Positions 17,127 through 25,982 of a stretch of DNA of 64,000 nucleotides are shown in pieces. How positions within the stretch are numbered: the first letter of the stretch is position 1; every line of letters starts with the position of its first letter. A program made the translations under genes and the position numbers. The stretch lies in IMG/VR virus record IMGVR_UViG_3300025701_000008; one strand, 5' to 3'. Under the pieces are notes generated by a model. That model was not told the origin of the DNA and searched no databases. It saw only the letters and a list, made by a program, of their open reading frames with translations. This DNA is from an uncultured virus (IMG/VR IMGVR_UViG_3300025701_000008). Its lineage: Duplodnaviria > Heunggongvirae > Uroviricota > Caudoviricetes.

Positions 17127-19103
17127 TTATGCTAAATCTTTGTCGTGGTTAAGACCACCCTTTTTCTTCTTAACAATGAACGCATTGACTCGTGCGTGTC
17201 CCCATTGTTGAGGAGTGGTACCTGGCCGGTGACCAGTCTTCCATGCCGCAACTCCACGATTATAAACTTTCTTTAGAGTCTCGGGTGATATACCAGACTT
17301 CTTCGCCTTAGCAGCGATACCATCAGGCCCTTCTTCAAGTTCCAATGTATCATAGAGCGCATATCTTTTTTCTTCAAGTCCAAGTTGTTTCATGGTTTTT
17401 GGTTTCCAATTCCCTAACATATCATGAAGTGCTCTATGGTTCATACCCGCATATGACTTGGCGATCTGCTGCGCATAATAATGTGTACTATGCTTCATTT
17501 TACCTCGACCTTCCTTTTTCTTGCGATTCAGAAGTTTCTTTAAGACTACCAACGCATCTTGGTATTGAGACTTACTAAGGGTCATAGACTTTAATTTATC
17601 AAGGAACCCCTCATCAATATCTTCTGCGACACAATTAGGAACCATCTTGTCCCCTTTCTTTTTCATACCGACTTCTTTATAACCGTCCCAACAATCTTCA
17701 TCATACATATCCTTAAATGATTTGGTATATTTAGATGGTTTAGTTTTTGCGGTCGCATCGCCAGGAGCTGGTTTATACGCAGATGAATCATCGTCTGCTT
17801 TCTTACCATGTTTTTTGAAGTGCGCGTCACGTTTTACTTTGGTAGACTTCTTTAGTCCTGCGTGATAACGTGAAGGTTGAGTTCCCTCACGGTCTTTGAT
17901 ATCTGGGTCTTGACTCTCATACTTGAGTTGTGGGTCAGGAGACTTGAATGCTTTCTTACGCATTATTGTTTTGTTAACAACTTCAAACTCGCCATTCTTC
18001 CAGTTGATGACTACAGGTAGATTCAGGTCAGACTGCATATCCTTGAGGATTGCCTCTGAGTTACCGTGTTTCTTAATCTTCTTACCCTTGTTATCTGCCA
18101 TTTTCTGAAAAAGTTTTTCTAACTCTGAGATTTTAATATCAGGTCTATTACGTTTATCATTCATGCGGTCTTTGAAGTGACGGGTGAATTCGATGTCAAC
18201 ATCAAACTTATTAAGTAGTCGGTCAGCGAACTTTTCTAGGTCATTAATCTCTTTCTGAGATACTTCTTCATCTAAAGTACCTACTAACTCGACAGCATCT
18301 AACCACTTACGCAATTTCTTACCTTCATGAGTTTCGACTATAACATAGTTACTACCTAGAACAGCAACTGTTGCTAGTTCGTCACTATCTTTTACTATGA
18401 CTTCGTCACCCACACCGAACAACTCACCGCTTACGAACTTTTCGCGGATAGGTGATACTGATTCTAGTGTCAGGTGATTACGGAATTCGGAGGTCTCTTT
18501 TAGTCCCATACCTTTACGTACATCGTTGTATAAACGACGAGCATCCGCATTGGTCATTGACTTAGGTACACCTTGAGAGAAAGACACAAAATCATTATTT
18601 ACGGCATTCTGTCTTTGTTTTGACGCTGACATTCCTTCAACACCTTCAGCATCAGGGTCTCTCTTACCGGCAGATACTATATTAATGTTTTTGAAGTTGT
18701 AGAAACCATGTCTGGCCTGTTGTCCATTATATTTATTGAACAATACGTCGAATTCTCTTATGCGGTCATCACCTACCACCATAGTTACTGAACGGTAACC
18801 TTGGTCATATAATGATACCAGCGCATCTATGGCAGTTTTTACTTTCTTGTCTACCATAACTTGACGTGCGTGTTTTGGAAACATCTTACGCACGTGTTTA
18901 ATTTTGTCTGAATAAGACAATGGATTTTTCTTAGCATCGTTTGTTTGTGATACGAATACTTTATAGTCTGCTTTACCAGACTTTTGAGAAAGGACATCCA
19001 TTACTTTACCGTGACCGATAGTCGGAGGATTCATCCGACCGAACGTGAAAAATACTTCACGCTCTTCTTCAATCAGGTATTGGGAAAAATTCTTAATTGG
19101 CAT
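17127..19103 (-). CDS. Multidomain HxGH nucleotidyltransferase (phage 'cytidyltransferase')
   Basis: FTFGRMNPPTIGH, KNPL, VVGDDR, SAGKRDPD..MSAS; several appended C-terminal domains. Confidence 0.8.
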   Translation of the reverse strand: MPIKNFSQYLIEEEREVFFTFGRMNPPTIGHGKVMDVLSQKSGKADYKVFVSQTNDAKKNPLSYSDKIKHVRKMFPKHARQVMVDKKVKTAIDALVSLYDQGYRSVTMVVGDDRIREFDVLFNKYNGQQARHGFYNFKNINIVSAGKRDPDAEGVEGMSASKQRQNAVNNDFVSFSQGVPKSMTNADARRLYNDVRKGMGLKETSEFRNHLTLESVSPIREKFVSGELFGVGDEVIVKDSDELATVAVLGSNYVIVETHEGKKLRKWLDAVELVGTLDEEVSQKEINDLEKFADRLLNKFDVDIEFTRHFKDRMNDKRNRPDIKISELEKLFQKMADNKGKKIKKHGNSEAILKDMQSDLNLPVVINWKNGEFEVVNKTIMRKKAFKSPDPQLKYESQDPDIKDREGTQPSRYHAGLKKSTKVKRDAHFKKHGKKADDDSSAYKPAPGDATAKTKPSKYTKSFKDMYDEDCWDGYKEVGMKKKGDKMVPNCVAEDIDEGFLDKLKSMTLSKSQYQDALVVLKKLLNRKKKEGRGKMKHSTHYYAQQIAKSYAGMNHRALHDMLGNWKPKTMKQLGLEEKRYALYDTLELEEGPDGIAAKAKKSGISPETLKKVYNRGVAAWKTGHRPGTTPQQWGHARVNAFIVKKKKGGLNHDKDLA

Positions 19104-19551
19104 CTTTTTTCGCACCGCCCCCACGTTTCTTTTCTAACTCTGCTTTACGCACTTGGGGTAAAGACTTCTTAGCGATACGCGCAATACGATTCTGTATAGC
19201 AGGTCTCTCTAATCTCTTTTCTATATCCTTTTTACGAGCATTAGATAACTCGGATTTAGGGATATCCTTAGTTAGTTTTTTTATGATTTGATTGCGTGCT
19301 TGTTTACGTGCGCGGATTTTTAGTTTGTCCATACTCGCAACTTTACGCGATGCTCGTTTACGACCCATTGCGATACGTGACTTCATACGTTTCATACGTT
19401 GAGAAAGTTTACGTCGCTGGGTAATGTCAAGTGCCTCATCTTGAGTCTCGACAGATTCTTTTTTTCTTTTTTGAGCGTTATATGCCAACTGTTCATCACC
19501 ACCATTGGCGTAATCAACATTAACAAATTGCTTAAATGACATAGGTGCCAT
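19093..19551 (-). CDS. Very basic conserved T4-like protein
   Basis: MSFKQFV start; R/K-rich body after DEALD. Confidence 0.6.
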   Translation of the reverse strand: MAPMSFKQFVNVDYANGGDEQLAYNAQKRKKESVETQDEALDITQRRKLSQRMKRMKSRIAMGRKRASRKVASMDKLKIRARKQARNQIIKKLTKDIPKSELSNARKKDIEKRLERPAIQNRIARIAKKSLPQVRKAELEKKRGGGAKKDAN

Positions 19552-19582
19552 TTGATTTTCCTCTATTTGGTTCAACCCATTT

Positions 19583-20803
19583 TTATCTACGGTTGGATTC
19601 CCAACCCTTTAATATATCTGGCGAAAAGTTGTTGTATGAAAATTCCATACGGTCAACGAGTTTCACCGCATCACCACCAAGTTTATCAATTGCGACATAT
19701 CCTTCCTCACCAGTAACTTTATAGCCATTAGGAGTTTTCACAAATGTGTCGATTGATTTAAGTTTATCAAGACTATTTATAAGTTTTAATTTCGCCAGTA
19801 CAATAACTTTCTGCAGTTCAAACATTTTAACAAGAGAATCGCGGTTATCTTGAGAAAAGAATACCAATAAATCATCCCGTTTTAATCGTTGTGCGGACTT
19901 ACCCTTTTCAGTTTTTCGTTTATCAATCTCTTTCTGAAACTTTTCTTCAATAAAAGAAATAAGTTTGTCCACATGTGATTTAGTATCGGTAATAACCTCA
20001 CCTTTACGTACATAAGTGTTATTAAACTGTTCAATCATCTGAGCCAATTTGGGATTACTCTCTAATGACCGGAGCGTATTACCAGATATCTGATTGAACA
20101 GTTTACCTGCCTGGGTCAACAGTGTGTTTACCGCAGTAGTTTCACGCACAGTCATTGTGGCATTAGTCAAGTTTCTGAGCATTGCGTCTTGAGACCAGAC
20201 ATTCTTACTACTATTTATAGTCTTCATATCAACGCCATATGACGCCTTCATGGTTTCAAAAGTACTACCAGTATATGTGGTATGCCACACGATACCAATC
20301 TTAGCAGCGCGTATTTCTTTGGATTGGTCTACTGGTACGGCATATGCGATAGTATTTGGTTGAAAGACTACATAGTCCTGTCCATCTATTTTCTTAGTTT
20401 TAAGATCGCCACGACCAAAAAGAAAGTCACCTTGAATAACACCTTTAATACCAAGAGCTGGCAAATATTTAAGAGCGTCTTTAAGTTTTTCCGCCAAGTC
20501 ACCGCTCGTATCTTCTTCAACATCTTCATTCGTTTTGTACACCTTTGGATTCTTATTAAAAATCCCTTTCTTCGCAACAAAGAACTTTCCATCCGATGGA
20601 TCAGTTCCACAAAAAATGGCAGGCGCACCGTCCCACTTCACAGATACTTTACCTTTGGCTTTACCCGCCAACATATCTCGCAATGAACGTAATGCGAATA
20701 TCGCCTGACGAGTACCGTCAACACCACCGTAGATAACTTTATCTTCGATATGTGTCATATGGGTGTTCTTCTGTTCAGTTATGAACGTTGAAAAGTCTAT
20801 CAT
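19583..20803 (-). CDS. Conserved T4-like protein with ATP-dependent ligase/nucleotidyltransferase-like motifs
   Basis: KNTHMTHIED; SVKWDG, IQGDFL, EEGYV, AVKLV. Confidence 0.6.
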   Translation of the reverse strand: MIDFSTFITEQKNTHMTHIEDKVIYGGVDGTRQAIFALRSLRDMLAGKAKGKVSVKWDGAPAIFCGTDPSDGKFFVAKKGIFNKNPKVYKTNEDVEEDTSGDLAEKLKDALKYLPALGIKGVIQGDFLFGRGDLKTKKIDGQDYVVFQPNTIAYAVPVDQSKEIRAAKIGIVWHTTYTGSTFETMKASYGVDMKTINSSKNVWSQDAMLRNLTNATMTVRETTAVNTLLTQAGKLFNQISGNTLRSLESNPKLAQMIEQFNNTYVRKGEVITDTKSHVDKLISFIEEKFQKEIDKRKTEKGKSAQRLKRDDLLVFFSQDNRDSLVKMFELQKVIVLAKLKLINSLDKLKSIDTFVKTPNGYKVTGEEGYVAIDKLGGDAVKLVDRMEFSYNNFSPDILKGWESNRR

Positions 20804-20811
20804 TATTATTC

Positions 20812-21963
20812 CTAAAGTAATTTCTTTCCGGTGGCGGGTTTACTCTTATAGTCGCACATAATGTGAGATGGGTAGAGTCCACCTTGTTTATTCCGTATAT
20901 TTATTTTAAAATCGAAGTATTGATTACCAAACACTATATCGATACGTTTACCGTTACCATTCTTACCACCGTACTGTATCTCGACATCTCCGGTAATAGT
21001 AGCATACTTCGGATTATTTGCTGCTGACATTTCCCAAAAGTACACCTTGCCGCCTTCCATTCCATGTACCATCCAATATTGGGAACCTATACAGGTCTGT
21101 AAAAACTTCTTTAACTTTTCACCGTTTAGTTTTGCCTTTACTGTTGGAAATTTTCGTCTTCCATAACTATTAAACACATCACAGAATATAGCAGATTCCA
21201 TACCTAAAGTCTCTAATATGGCCTTACCCATATCAGTTGTTATCTCACCCTGTCGTATCTGTGATTGCGGAAATATTAAACTAATTCCGGCATTCATAAA
21301 TGTCAAAGTGCTTGAGAACTTCAATGAAAGGTAACTATAACTACCATCAGCATGTTTTAGAGTAATATCCGTTAACTTTGCGCCATGGTCTTTATGGTTA
21401 AGTGGGGCAATATGTAACTGAGAACCCGCCATTTTAATAGGACGACTTTGGTTCTGAGCACCCTCTGGAATAACTCCGACCACCGGAGATTTATTTTTCT
21501 TAGCACAGGCATTAAGTATATATTGGACTTCTTTTGAATACGTCTTGTTACTTACAACACCAGCTAACTGTTCGTCCAATACTGCGACGAAGTCATGTTC
21601 GAATTTGATACCTTTGTTTACTCTGGTACCACCTGCAGGTTGACCACCAAACTCCTCAGTCTTTTCCAGTTTATTCAGTAAAAGTTCTTTTCTTGTTGTA
21701 GAGCCCTGAAGTGTACCACCAATAGAAACCTTTCTTTTAGAAACTGGTAGTAGTTTAAGAGAGAGAATCTTACCCGCAATATCTACGGGGTCACCTACCA
21801 TAAACTTTTTACCATTTATGATGACACAATCCGCAAGAAAAATACCCTCATCAGTGACGAAAGTATTAGATTTTCCATCCATTTGGAAAACTTTCTGAAC
21901 AAGAACTTCAGAACGATATTCTTTGTTTTCTCTTGTTATTTCGTTGTACGATAGATTTGCCAT
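20812..21963 (-). CDS. Hypothetical protein, PD-(D/E)XK restriction-endonuclease-like
   Basis: GIKFEHD...KLTDITL...YLSLK arrangement. Confidence 0.4.
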   Translation of the reverse strand: MANLSYNEITRENKEYRSEVLVQKVFQMDGKSNTFVTDEGIFLADCVIINGKKFMVGDPVDIAGKILSLKLLPVSKRKVSIGGTLQGSTTRKELLLNKLEKTEEFGGQPAGGTRVNKGIKFEHDFVAVLDEQLAGVVSNKTYSKEVQYILNACAKKNKSPVVGVIPEGAQNQSRPIKMAGSQLHIAPLNHKDHGAKLTDITLKHADGSYSYLSLKFSSTLTFMNAGISLIFPQSQIRQGEITTDMGKAILETLGMESAIFCDVFNSYGRRKFPTVKAKLNGEKLKKFLQTCIGSQYWMVHGMEGGKVYFWEMSAANNPKYATITGDVEIQYGGKNGNGKRIDIVFGNQYFDFKINIRNKQGGLYPSHIMCDYKSKPATGKKLL

Positions 21964-22008
21964 TTAAGTTCCTTCTGCTCTACCGGTAAAGTAGAGTACA
22001 TTAGTTAC

Positions 22009-22016
22009 TATTTATA
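22009..22016 (-). promoter_or_regulatory. T4 late promoter
   Basis: TATAAATA at the head of the run that starts at 21963. Confidence 0.7.
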
Positions 22017-22731
22017 TGTCTAGATAATTTGTAGGGTTTTCTTCATTATATTGAGCAATACAGTCAATTAGAGGACGAACCCAATTATCACGGTGTTCGA
22101 CAAAGACTTGTGGTTCATGGTTATCTACGGAGATAATAGTGACCAGTTGAGTGATAGGCATACCCGTACGTTCTTCCCACATAATTGCGTATGCGGACTC
22201 TTGCATGAAGTAGTTTTTAATCCAATCAAGACGTTTAGGTTTCATAGAGGTTTTGTAATCGATGATGGATAACTTACCGTCGAAGACGCCAACGCAATCC
22301 ACACGACCTGCTACACCTAGGTGGGTAGAGTATAGGGGAGCTTCTTGAGCATGGACAAGAGTCAGTCGCTCGTCAAGAATAGGTTTGATTCTCAGAAAAG
22401 AATCGATTAAATCAGGAGTACGTCTAGTCAACTTCTGCTCACCAGTATCGATGTCAATTGCCATGTACTTATCCCAATTAGGGTCATTGTTCACATACTG
22501 TTCACATATCTCGTGAACCGCAGTACCACGCGTAGATGCGCGATATGAGACACGATTAGCCTCTTTCTCACCAACACGTTTTCTCCACTTAGCAATAGAG
22601 TCACGGGATAGAATAGAGAGTACAGTAGTGATAGATGGGAGGTTTACACCTTCGGGGGTTTCGTATTGACGACCAAACTCTGTGGTTACAGCGGTCATCT
22701 CTTTTAGTTCTATAGGGGAATGTTTAAACAT
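22012..22731 (-). CDS. Cas4-like/PD-(D/E)XK exonuclease
   Basis: PSITTVL, RGTAVH, AGRVDC...IIDYKTS, QESAYA. Confidence 0.85.
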   Translation of the reverse strand: MFKHSPIELKEMTAVTTEFGRQYETPEGVNLPSITTVLSILSRDSIAKWRKRVGEKEANRVSYRASTRGTAVHEICEQYVNNDPNWDKYMAIDIDTGEQKLTRRTPDLIDSFLRIKPILDERLTLVHAQEAPLYSTHLGVAGRVDCVGVFDGKLSIIDYKTSMKPKRLDWIKNYFMQESAYAIMWEERTGMPITQLVTIISVDNHEPQVFVEHRDNWVRPLIDCIAQYNEENPTNYLDI

Positions 22732-22758
22732 AATATATCCAAGTCAATTTATACAGCT

Positions 22759-22787
22759 ATTATAACAGACTTGTGGGGTATTGTCAA
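22759..22787 (-). promoter_or_regulatory. sigma70-like promoter
   Basis: TTGACA-17-TATAAT with a TG extension. Confidence 0.7.
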
Positions 22788-22808
22788 GGGCTTATTTTGA
22801 AAATAAAG

Positions 22809-22953
22809 TCCCCGACGGGCATAGAACTGGGGATGTACTTTTATGTGTTAGACCAATTAAACCGTCGCGGCATTATTATTTTTATGCGCATGGTTGAGAG
22901 ACTCAACGGTTAGACATGTCGTCTTAACAGTACTGTTCTATACCCGTTAGGGA
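22809..22953 (-). ncRNA. Putative structured ncRNA (~145 nt) downstream of tRNA-Asp
   Basis: 19-bp closing stem with two G-U pairs on the minus strand, nested inner stems, no ORF in the track. Confidence 0.55.
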
Positions 22954-22975
22954 TATTATACCCGTAAGGGATGTT

Positions 22976-23052
22976 TGGCGGAGCGGACGGGACTCGAACC
23001 CGCGACCCCCGGCGTGACAGGCCGGTATTCTAACCAACTGAACTACCGCTCC
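22976..23052 (-). tRNA. tRNA-Asp(GTC)
   Basis: GGAGCGG acceptor, CCGGC-CT-GTC-AC-GCCGG anticodon arm, GTTCGAG, encoded CCA. Confidence 0.95.
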
Positions 23053-23083
23053 AAATTACTATACTATATATACGTCCGGTAAC

Positions 23084-24433
23084 TTAACAGCCAGGATTAT
23101 TTTCTACGCACTGTCCACTAGGTAGAGCATCCGGCACATATCTCTGTAAATTATCATCGTATAGAGATTTCTCAATAAATGTTACCAATTGAGTAACTTC
23201 ATCGGGAGTCAAGTTTAGAGGTCTAAATCTATAATCCAGTCTATCTAAAGGCATATCCGCTTGAGCGACACCTGCGTTCTTATACTCCACAACTTCCCGC
23301 ACACTCGTAAACGATGAGCCATGACCCATAAACTTAGAATCTGTCAGATTGTATAGTGGTGGAATTTTGAATTGATAGGCGTCAAACTCGTCTTGAGTAA
23401 ACCCACCGCGACCTTTACGAACCGCATCGTTAATGGCATCTGCGTTTGTTATATTATCATTCACATCTAAGTCACTGAAACCGACCGCCATGAACATCTG
23501 TTCCTTAGTAGCATATTGCGGTGAACTAAGAGCAGGCCCTGAGTGACAACTGGAACATCCACCTTTATCACCAAAAAACACTTGAGCACCCTTTAGTTCA
23601 GTCTCAGATAACGCGTCCTCATCACCACGTAACCATTTCTGGAATGGTGCTTCATTGGACAAGATAGTACGTTCAAACGCGGCAATAGATTGTGCGGCAG
23701 TGGTAAGTAAGTCATCACCACCTATTTCCATAACAAGTTCTTGATATTCAGGTAATGTGTCAAGTGGGGAACCCTCACCAACATTCAGACGGTGTACACC
23801 CAGACCAGCGATTGCTTGTACTTCTAGTCCAGACCACTGTCGGGCATTATTCTCTTTAGGGGTACCTTCAGTGGATAGTACGGACTCATCAATACCTACA
23901 TTGACAATACCATCAACCGCATTACCAAACTGACCGTTCCATAACATAACCTCTTGATACGCGGTATTCATTACGGTAGGAGACGCGAGAGGTTGTAAGT
24001 CAGCGAGGGCACCTAATATATTAACACGGTTCGCACCATTACCAACACCACCTTCACCCACACCTTGAGCAATACCGGACTTGAATCCTGCGCTCGCATT
24101 GTGACAAGATGCGCAAGAAAATGTGTTCTTATGTTCTTCGGTAACACCAAGAGTCATAGCAGTTTCATGGAACAATAACTTACCCAATTTAACCTTTTCC
24201 TCGGTTATAGGATTCATTACGTCTTGGGGGATATTACTATAGTCGTCACTCATAGGAAGTACGAGGTCACTGACTATGATTAGGTCGCGCAGTTTTGCGC
24301 TCTCTATCTGTACGGGTGTTTGGGTGGGAGGATTTACAGTAGAAGGAACTTCAACTAAATTAGACGTTTCGGTACCTCCACCACAGGCGGATAGCAATAA
24401 AGATGTCACTGTCACTAACATTAATTTTTTCAT
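23084..24433 (-). CDS. Di-haem cytochrome c peroxidase/MauG-family lipoprotein
   Basis: Lipobox LLSAC, LGKLLF, CASCH and CSSCH haem motifs, IAAFERT, FKIPPLYN. Confidence 0.88.
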   Translation of the reverse strand: MKKLMLVTVTSLLLSACGGGTETSNLVEVPSTVNPPTQTPVQIESAKLRDLIIVSDLVLPMSDDYSNIPQDVMNPITEEKVKLGKLLFHETAMTLGVTEEHKNTFSCASCHNASAGFKSGIAQGVGEGGVGNGANRVNILGALADLQPLASPTVMNTAYQEVMLWNGQFGNAVDGIVNVGIDESVLSTEGTPKENNARQWSGLEVQAIAGLGVHRLNVGEGSPLDTLPEYQELVMEIGGDDLLTTAAQSIAAFERTILSNEAPFQKWLRGDEDALSETELKGAQVFFGDKGGCSSCHSGPALSSPQYATKEQMFMAVGFSDLDVNDNITNADAINDAVRKGRGGFTQDEFDAYQFKIPPLYNLTDSKFMGHGSSFTSVREVVEYKNAGVAQADMPLDRLDYRFRPLNLTPDEVTQLVTFIEKSLYDDNLQRYVPDALPSGQCVENNPGC

Positions 24434-24457
24434 AATATACTCAATAATATAAACAAA

Positions 24458-24547
24458 TGGCGGAGAGTAGAGGATTCGAACCTCTGGTACATTTCTGTAC
24501 GTCTGATTTCAAGTCAGGTGCATTAAACCAAGCTCTGCCAACTCTCC
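24458..24547 (-). tRNA. tRNA-Ser(TGA)
   Basis: 90 nt with a long variable arm, CTGA-CT-TGA-AA-TCAG, CCA. Confidence 0.93.
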
Positions 24548-24557
24548 ATTTGTGGCT

Positions 24558-24586
24558 ATAATAACATAATGTATTGTTACTGTCAA
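24558..24586 (-). promoter_or_regulatory. sigma70-like promoter for tRNA-Ser/peroxidase/tRNA-Asp
   Basis: TTGACA-17-TATTAT with TG. Confidence 0.6.
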
Positions 24587-24595
24587 GTTTTTTTT

Positions 24596-24625
24596 AAAAT
24601 AAAATGAGGGGCCCGAAGACCCCTC
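24596..24625 (-). terminator. Rho-independent terminator
   Basis: GAGGGGTC-TTCG-GGCCCCTC followed by a T-rich tract (cUUCGg loop). Confidence 0.8.
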
Positions 24626-24632
24626 GTCATAA

Positions 24633-24809
24633 CTAAGCATACAATTCAAGGTCTTCCACAGTATCGAAGTATGATTCTATTGAAATCACACTTGGATCCA
24701 TTTCTAAATCTTGAGTGAAGGTGTAAGCCGAATGCGGTGATATGAAAGTCCTCACATTCGGTTCAGCCGAGCTACCATCACGAACATATCTTACGATAAT
24801 AATTTCCAT
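24633..24809 (-). CDS. Small late hypothetical protein
   Basis: AAGGA SD, start MEIIIV. Confidence 0.5.
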   Translation of the reverse strand: MEIIIVRYVRDGSSAEPNVRTFISPHSAYTFTQDLEMDPSVISIESYFDTVEDLELYA

Positions 24810-24896
24810 CGTATTTTCCTTGTTTGATGAGCGGAAGTGTATGCAATTCAAATCAAGGGTGGGCTAATGAAGATATTTAAGAATAATGTACCATAG

Positions 24897-24904
24897 TATT
24901 TATA
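24897..24904 (-). promoter_or_regulatory. T4 late promoter
   Basis: Intergenic TATAAATA. Confidence 0.65.
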
Positions 24905-24923
24905 CTTTTTTTCTAACTACCGC

Positions 24924-25310
24924 TCAACTTTCTAAATCGTGAGTGTGTAGTGCAAGTAACGCATAATGTAACACTTTCATAAGGTCTTTACGATAATCTG
25001 CCACACTACCTTTATTCCCATACCGCGCACTATACTTATCCACGTTACCAAGGAAGAACCCCATACCACGACCTCGGTCTATGATGACCTCACTCGACTG
25101 AAACCCCGATGTTGAGTAGTGAGCATCATAAGTAGAATCGATATATGCCTTTAATTCAGAAATCAAATTATCTTCATTAAACTTATATTTTATATTTAAA
25201 CGATTATTATCAATCTCATTAAAATCGTTGTCATCATTAATTCTTTGTTGAATCTCCATATCCGTGTATTCGTCATAGAGTTTATTTGATACTTCGTGGT
25301 CTTTAAACAT
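24924..25310 (-). CDS. DUF3310-like protein
   Basis: AHY...GFFLGNVDKYSARYGNK...DLMKVLHY. Confidence 0.7.
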   Translation of the reverse strand: MFKDHEVSNKLYDEYTDMEIQQRINDDNDFNEIDNNRLNIKYKFNEDNLISELKAYIDSTYDAHYSTSGFQSSEVIIDRGRGMGFFLGNVDKYSARYGNKGSVADYRKDLMKVLHYALLALHTHDLES

Positions 25311-25573
25311 TATATTATCTCTTTTAAAAGGCCTGAGCCTAACATTACCATCATAACCGCATTCAAAATAATGAGTGAACGGTCTTTCCATATTATAGAA
25401 ACCCACATCCATAATCCAGTACCGATGAATCCTACCGCAAGGTCATAGAATCTAAACTCCACCCCCGCCTGTCGAAACATCACTGATACTATGACAAAAG
25501 CAGTCGCAGCCCATTTAACATACCAGTCCAATGGTTTAGATTCAAGCTTCTTTTCTTTATCGTGGAATTTCAT
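25310..25573 (-). CDS. Small membrane protein
   Basis: DWYVKW, three hydrophobic segments, WKDRSLIILN. Confidence 0.65.
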   Translation of the reverse strand: MKFHDKEKKLESKPLDWYVKWAATAFVIVSVMFRQAGVEFRFYDLAVGFIGTGLWMWVSIIWKDRSLIILNAVMMVMLGSGLLKEII

Positions 25574-25599
25574 AATATAGTCTCAATTAATTAGTGCGT

Positions 25600-25628
25600 A
25601 TTATACAACACAATAATCATCATGTCAA
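25600..25628 (-). promoter_or_regulatory. sigma70-like promoter
   Basis: TTGACA-17-TATAAT. Confidence 0.7.
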
Positions 25629-25647
25629 GAGGAAAGTTTAAATAAGG

Positions 25648-25723
25648 TGGTACTCCGTACGAGATTCGAACTCGTGTACCTGCCGTGAAAGGGCAGTGTC
25701 CTAGGCCTCTAGACGAACGGAGC
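25648..25723 (-). tRNA. tRNA-Glu(TTC)
   Basis: CTGCC-CT-TTC-AC-GGCAG, GTTCGAA, CCA. Confidence 0.93.
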
Positions 25724-25728
25724 ATTAA

Positions 25729-25980
25729 TTAGTTTTTTATATCTTCAATCAAAATGGTAATCTCACCCATATCACTGGTCACATATATTACGTAATCGTA
25801 TGCGTCGATATATAACGACTCTTGATGATTATCAGTCAGTTCATACGCTGCTCGGTCAATTGCTGAATTAGCATTACCGTATACTGACATTATCGCACCA
25901 GATGGATCGTGCAGTATATATACCTTTCCTACAGCGGGTTCTTCGTGGTCAAATAAACTACCTGTAGGCGACAAATTCAC
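25729..25980 (-). CDS. Hypothetical protein
   Basis: 83 aa, GGAGG SD. Confidence 0.5.
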   Translation of the reverse strand: MNLSPTGSLFDHEEPAVGKVYILHDPSGAIMSVYGNANSAIDRAAYELTDNHQESLYIDAYDYVIYVTSDMGEITILIEDIKN

Positions 25981-25982
25981 AG

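Noticed and set aside
19774..20219. Intragenic TATAAATA boxes (19774, 20212; also 7934 and 45249)
   Set aside because: They may be real internal late promoters, but chance occurrence in AT-rich coding DNA cannot be excluded.
22012..22731. Cas4-like gene as a sign of a CRISPR system
   Set aside because: No repeat-spacer array or other cas genes seen; this is a common solo phage exonuclease.
22809..22953. Structured RNA as SRP RNA, tmRNA or retron msr/msd
   Set aside because: No SRP GNRA domain IV motif, no tRNA-like ends, and no reverse transcriptase in the window.
24458..24547. tRNA containing TGA as a possible suppressor or Sec tRNA
   Set aside because: Anticodon UGA reads UCA (Ser). An opal suppressor would need anticodon UCA, and ORFs terminate normally at all three stops.
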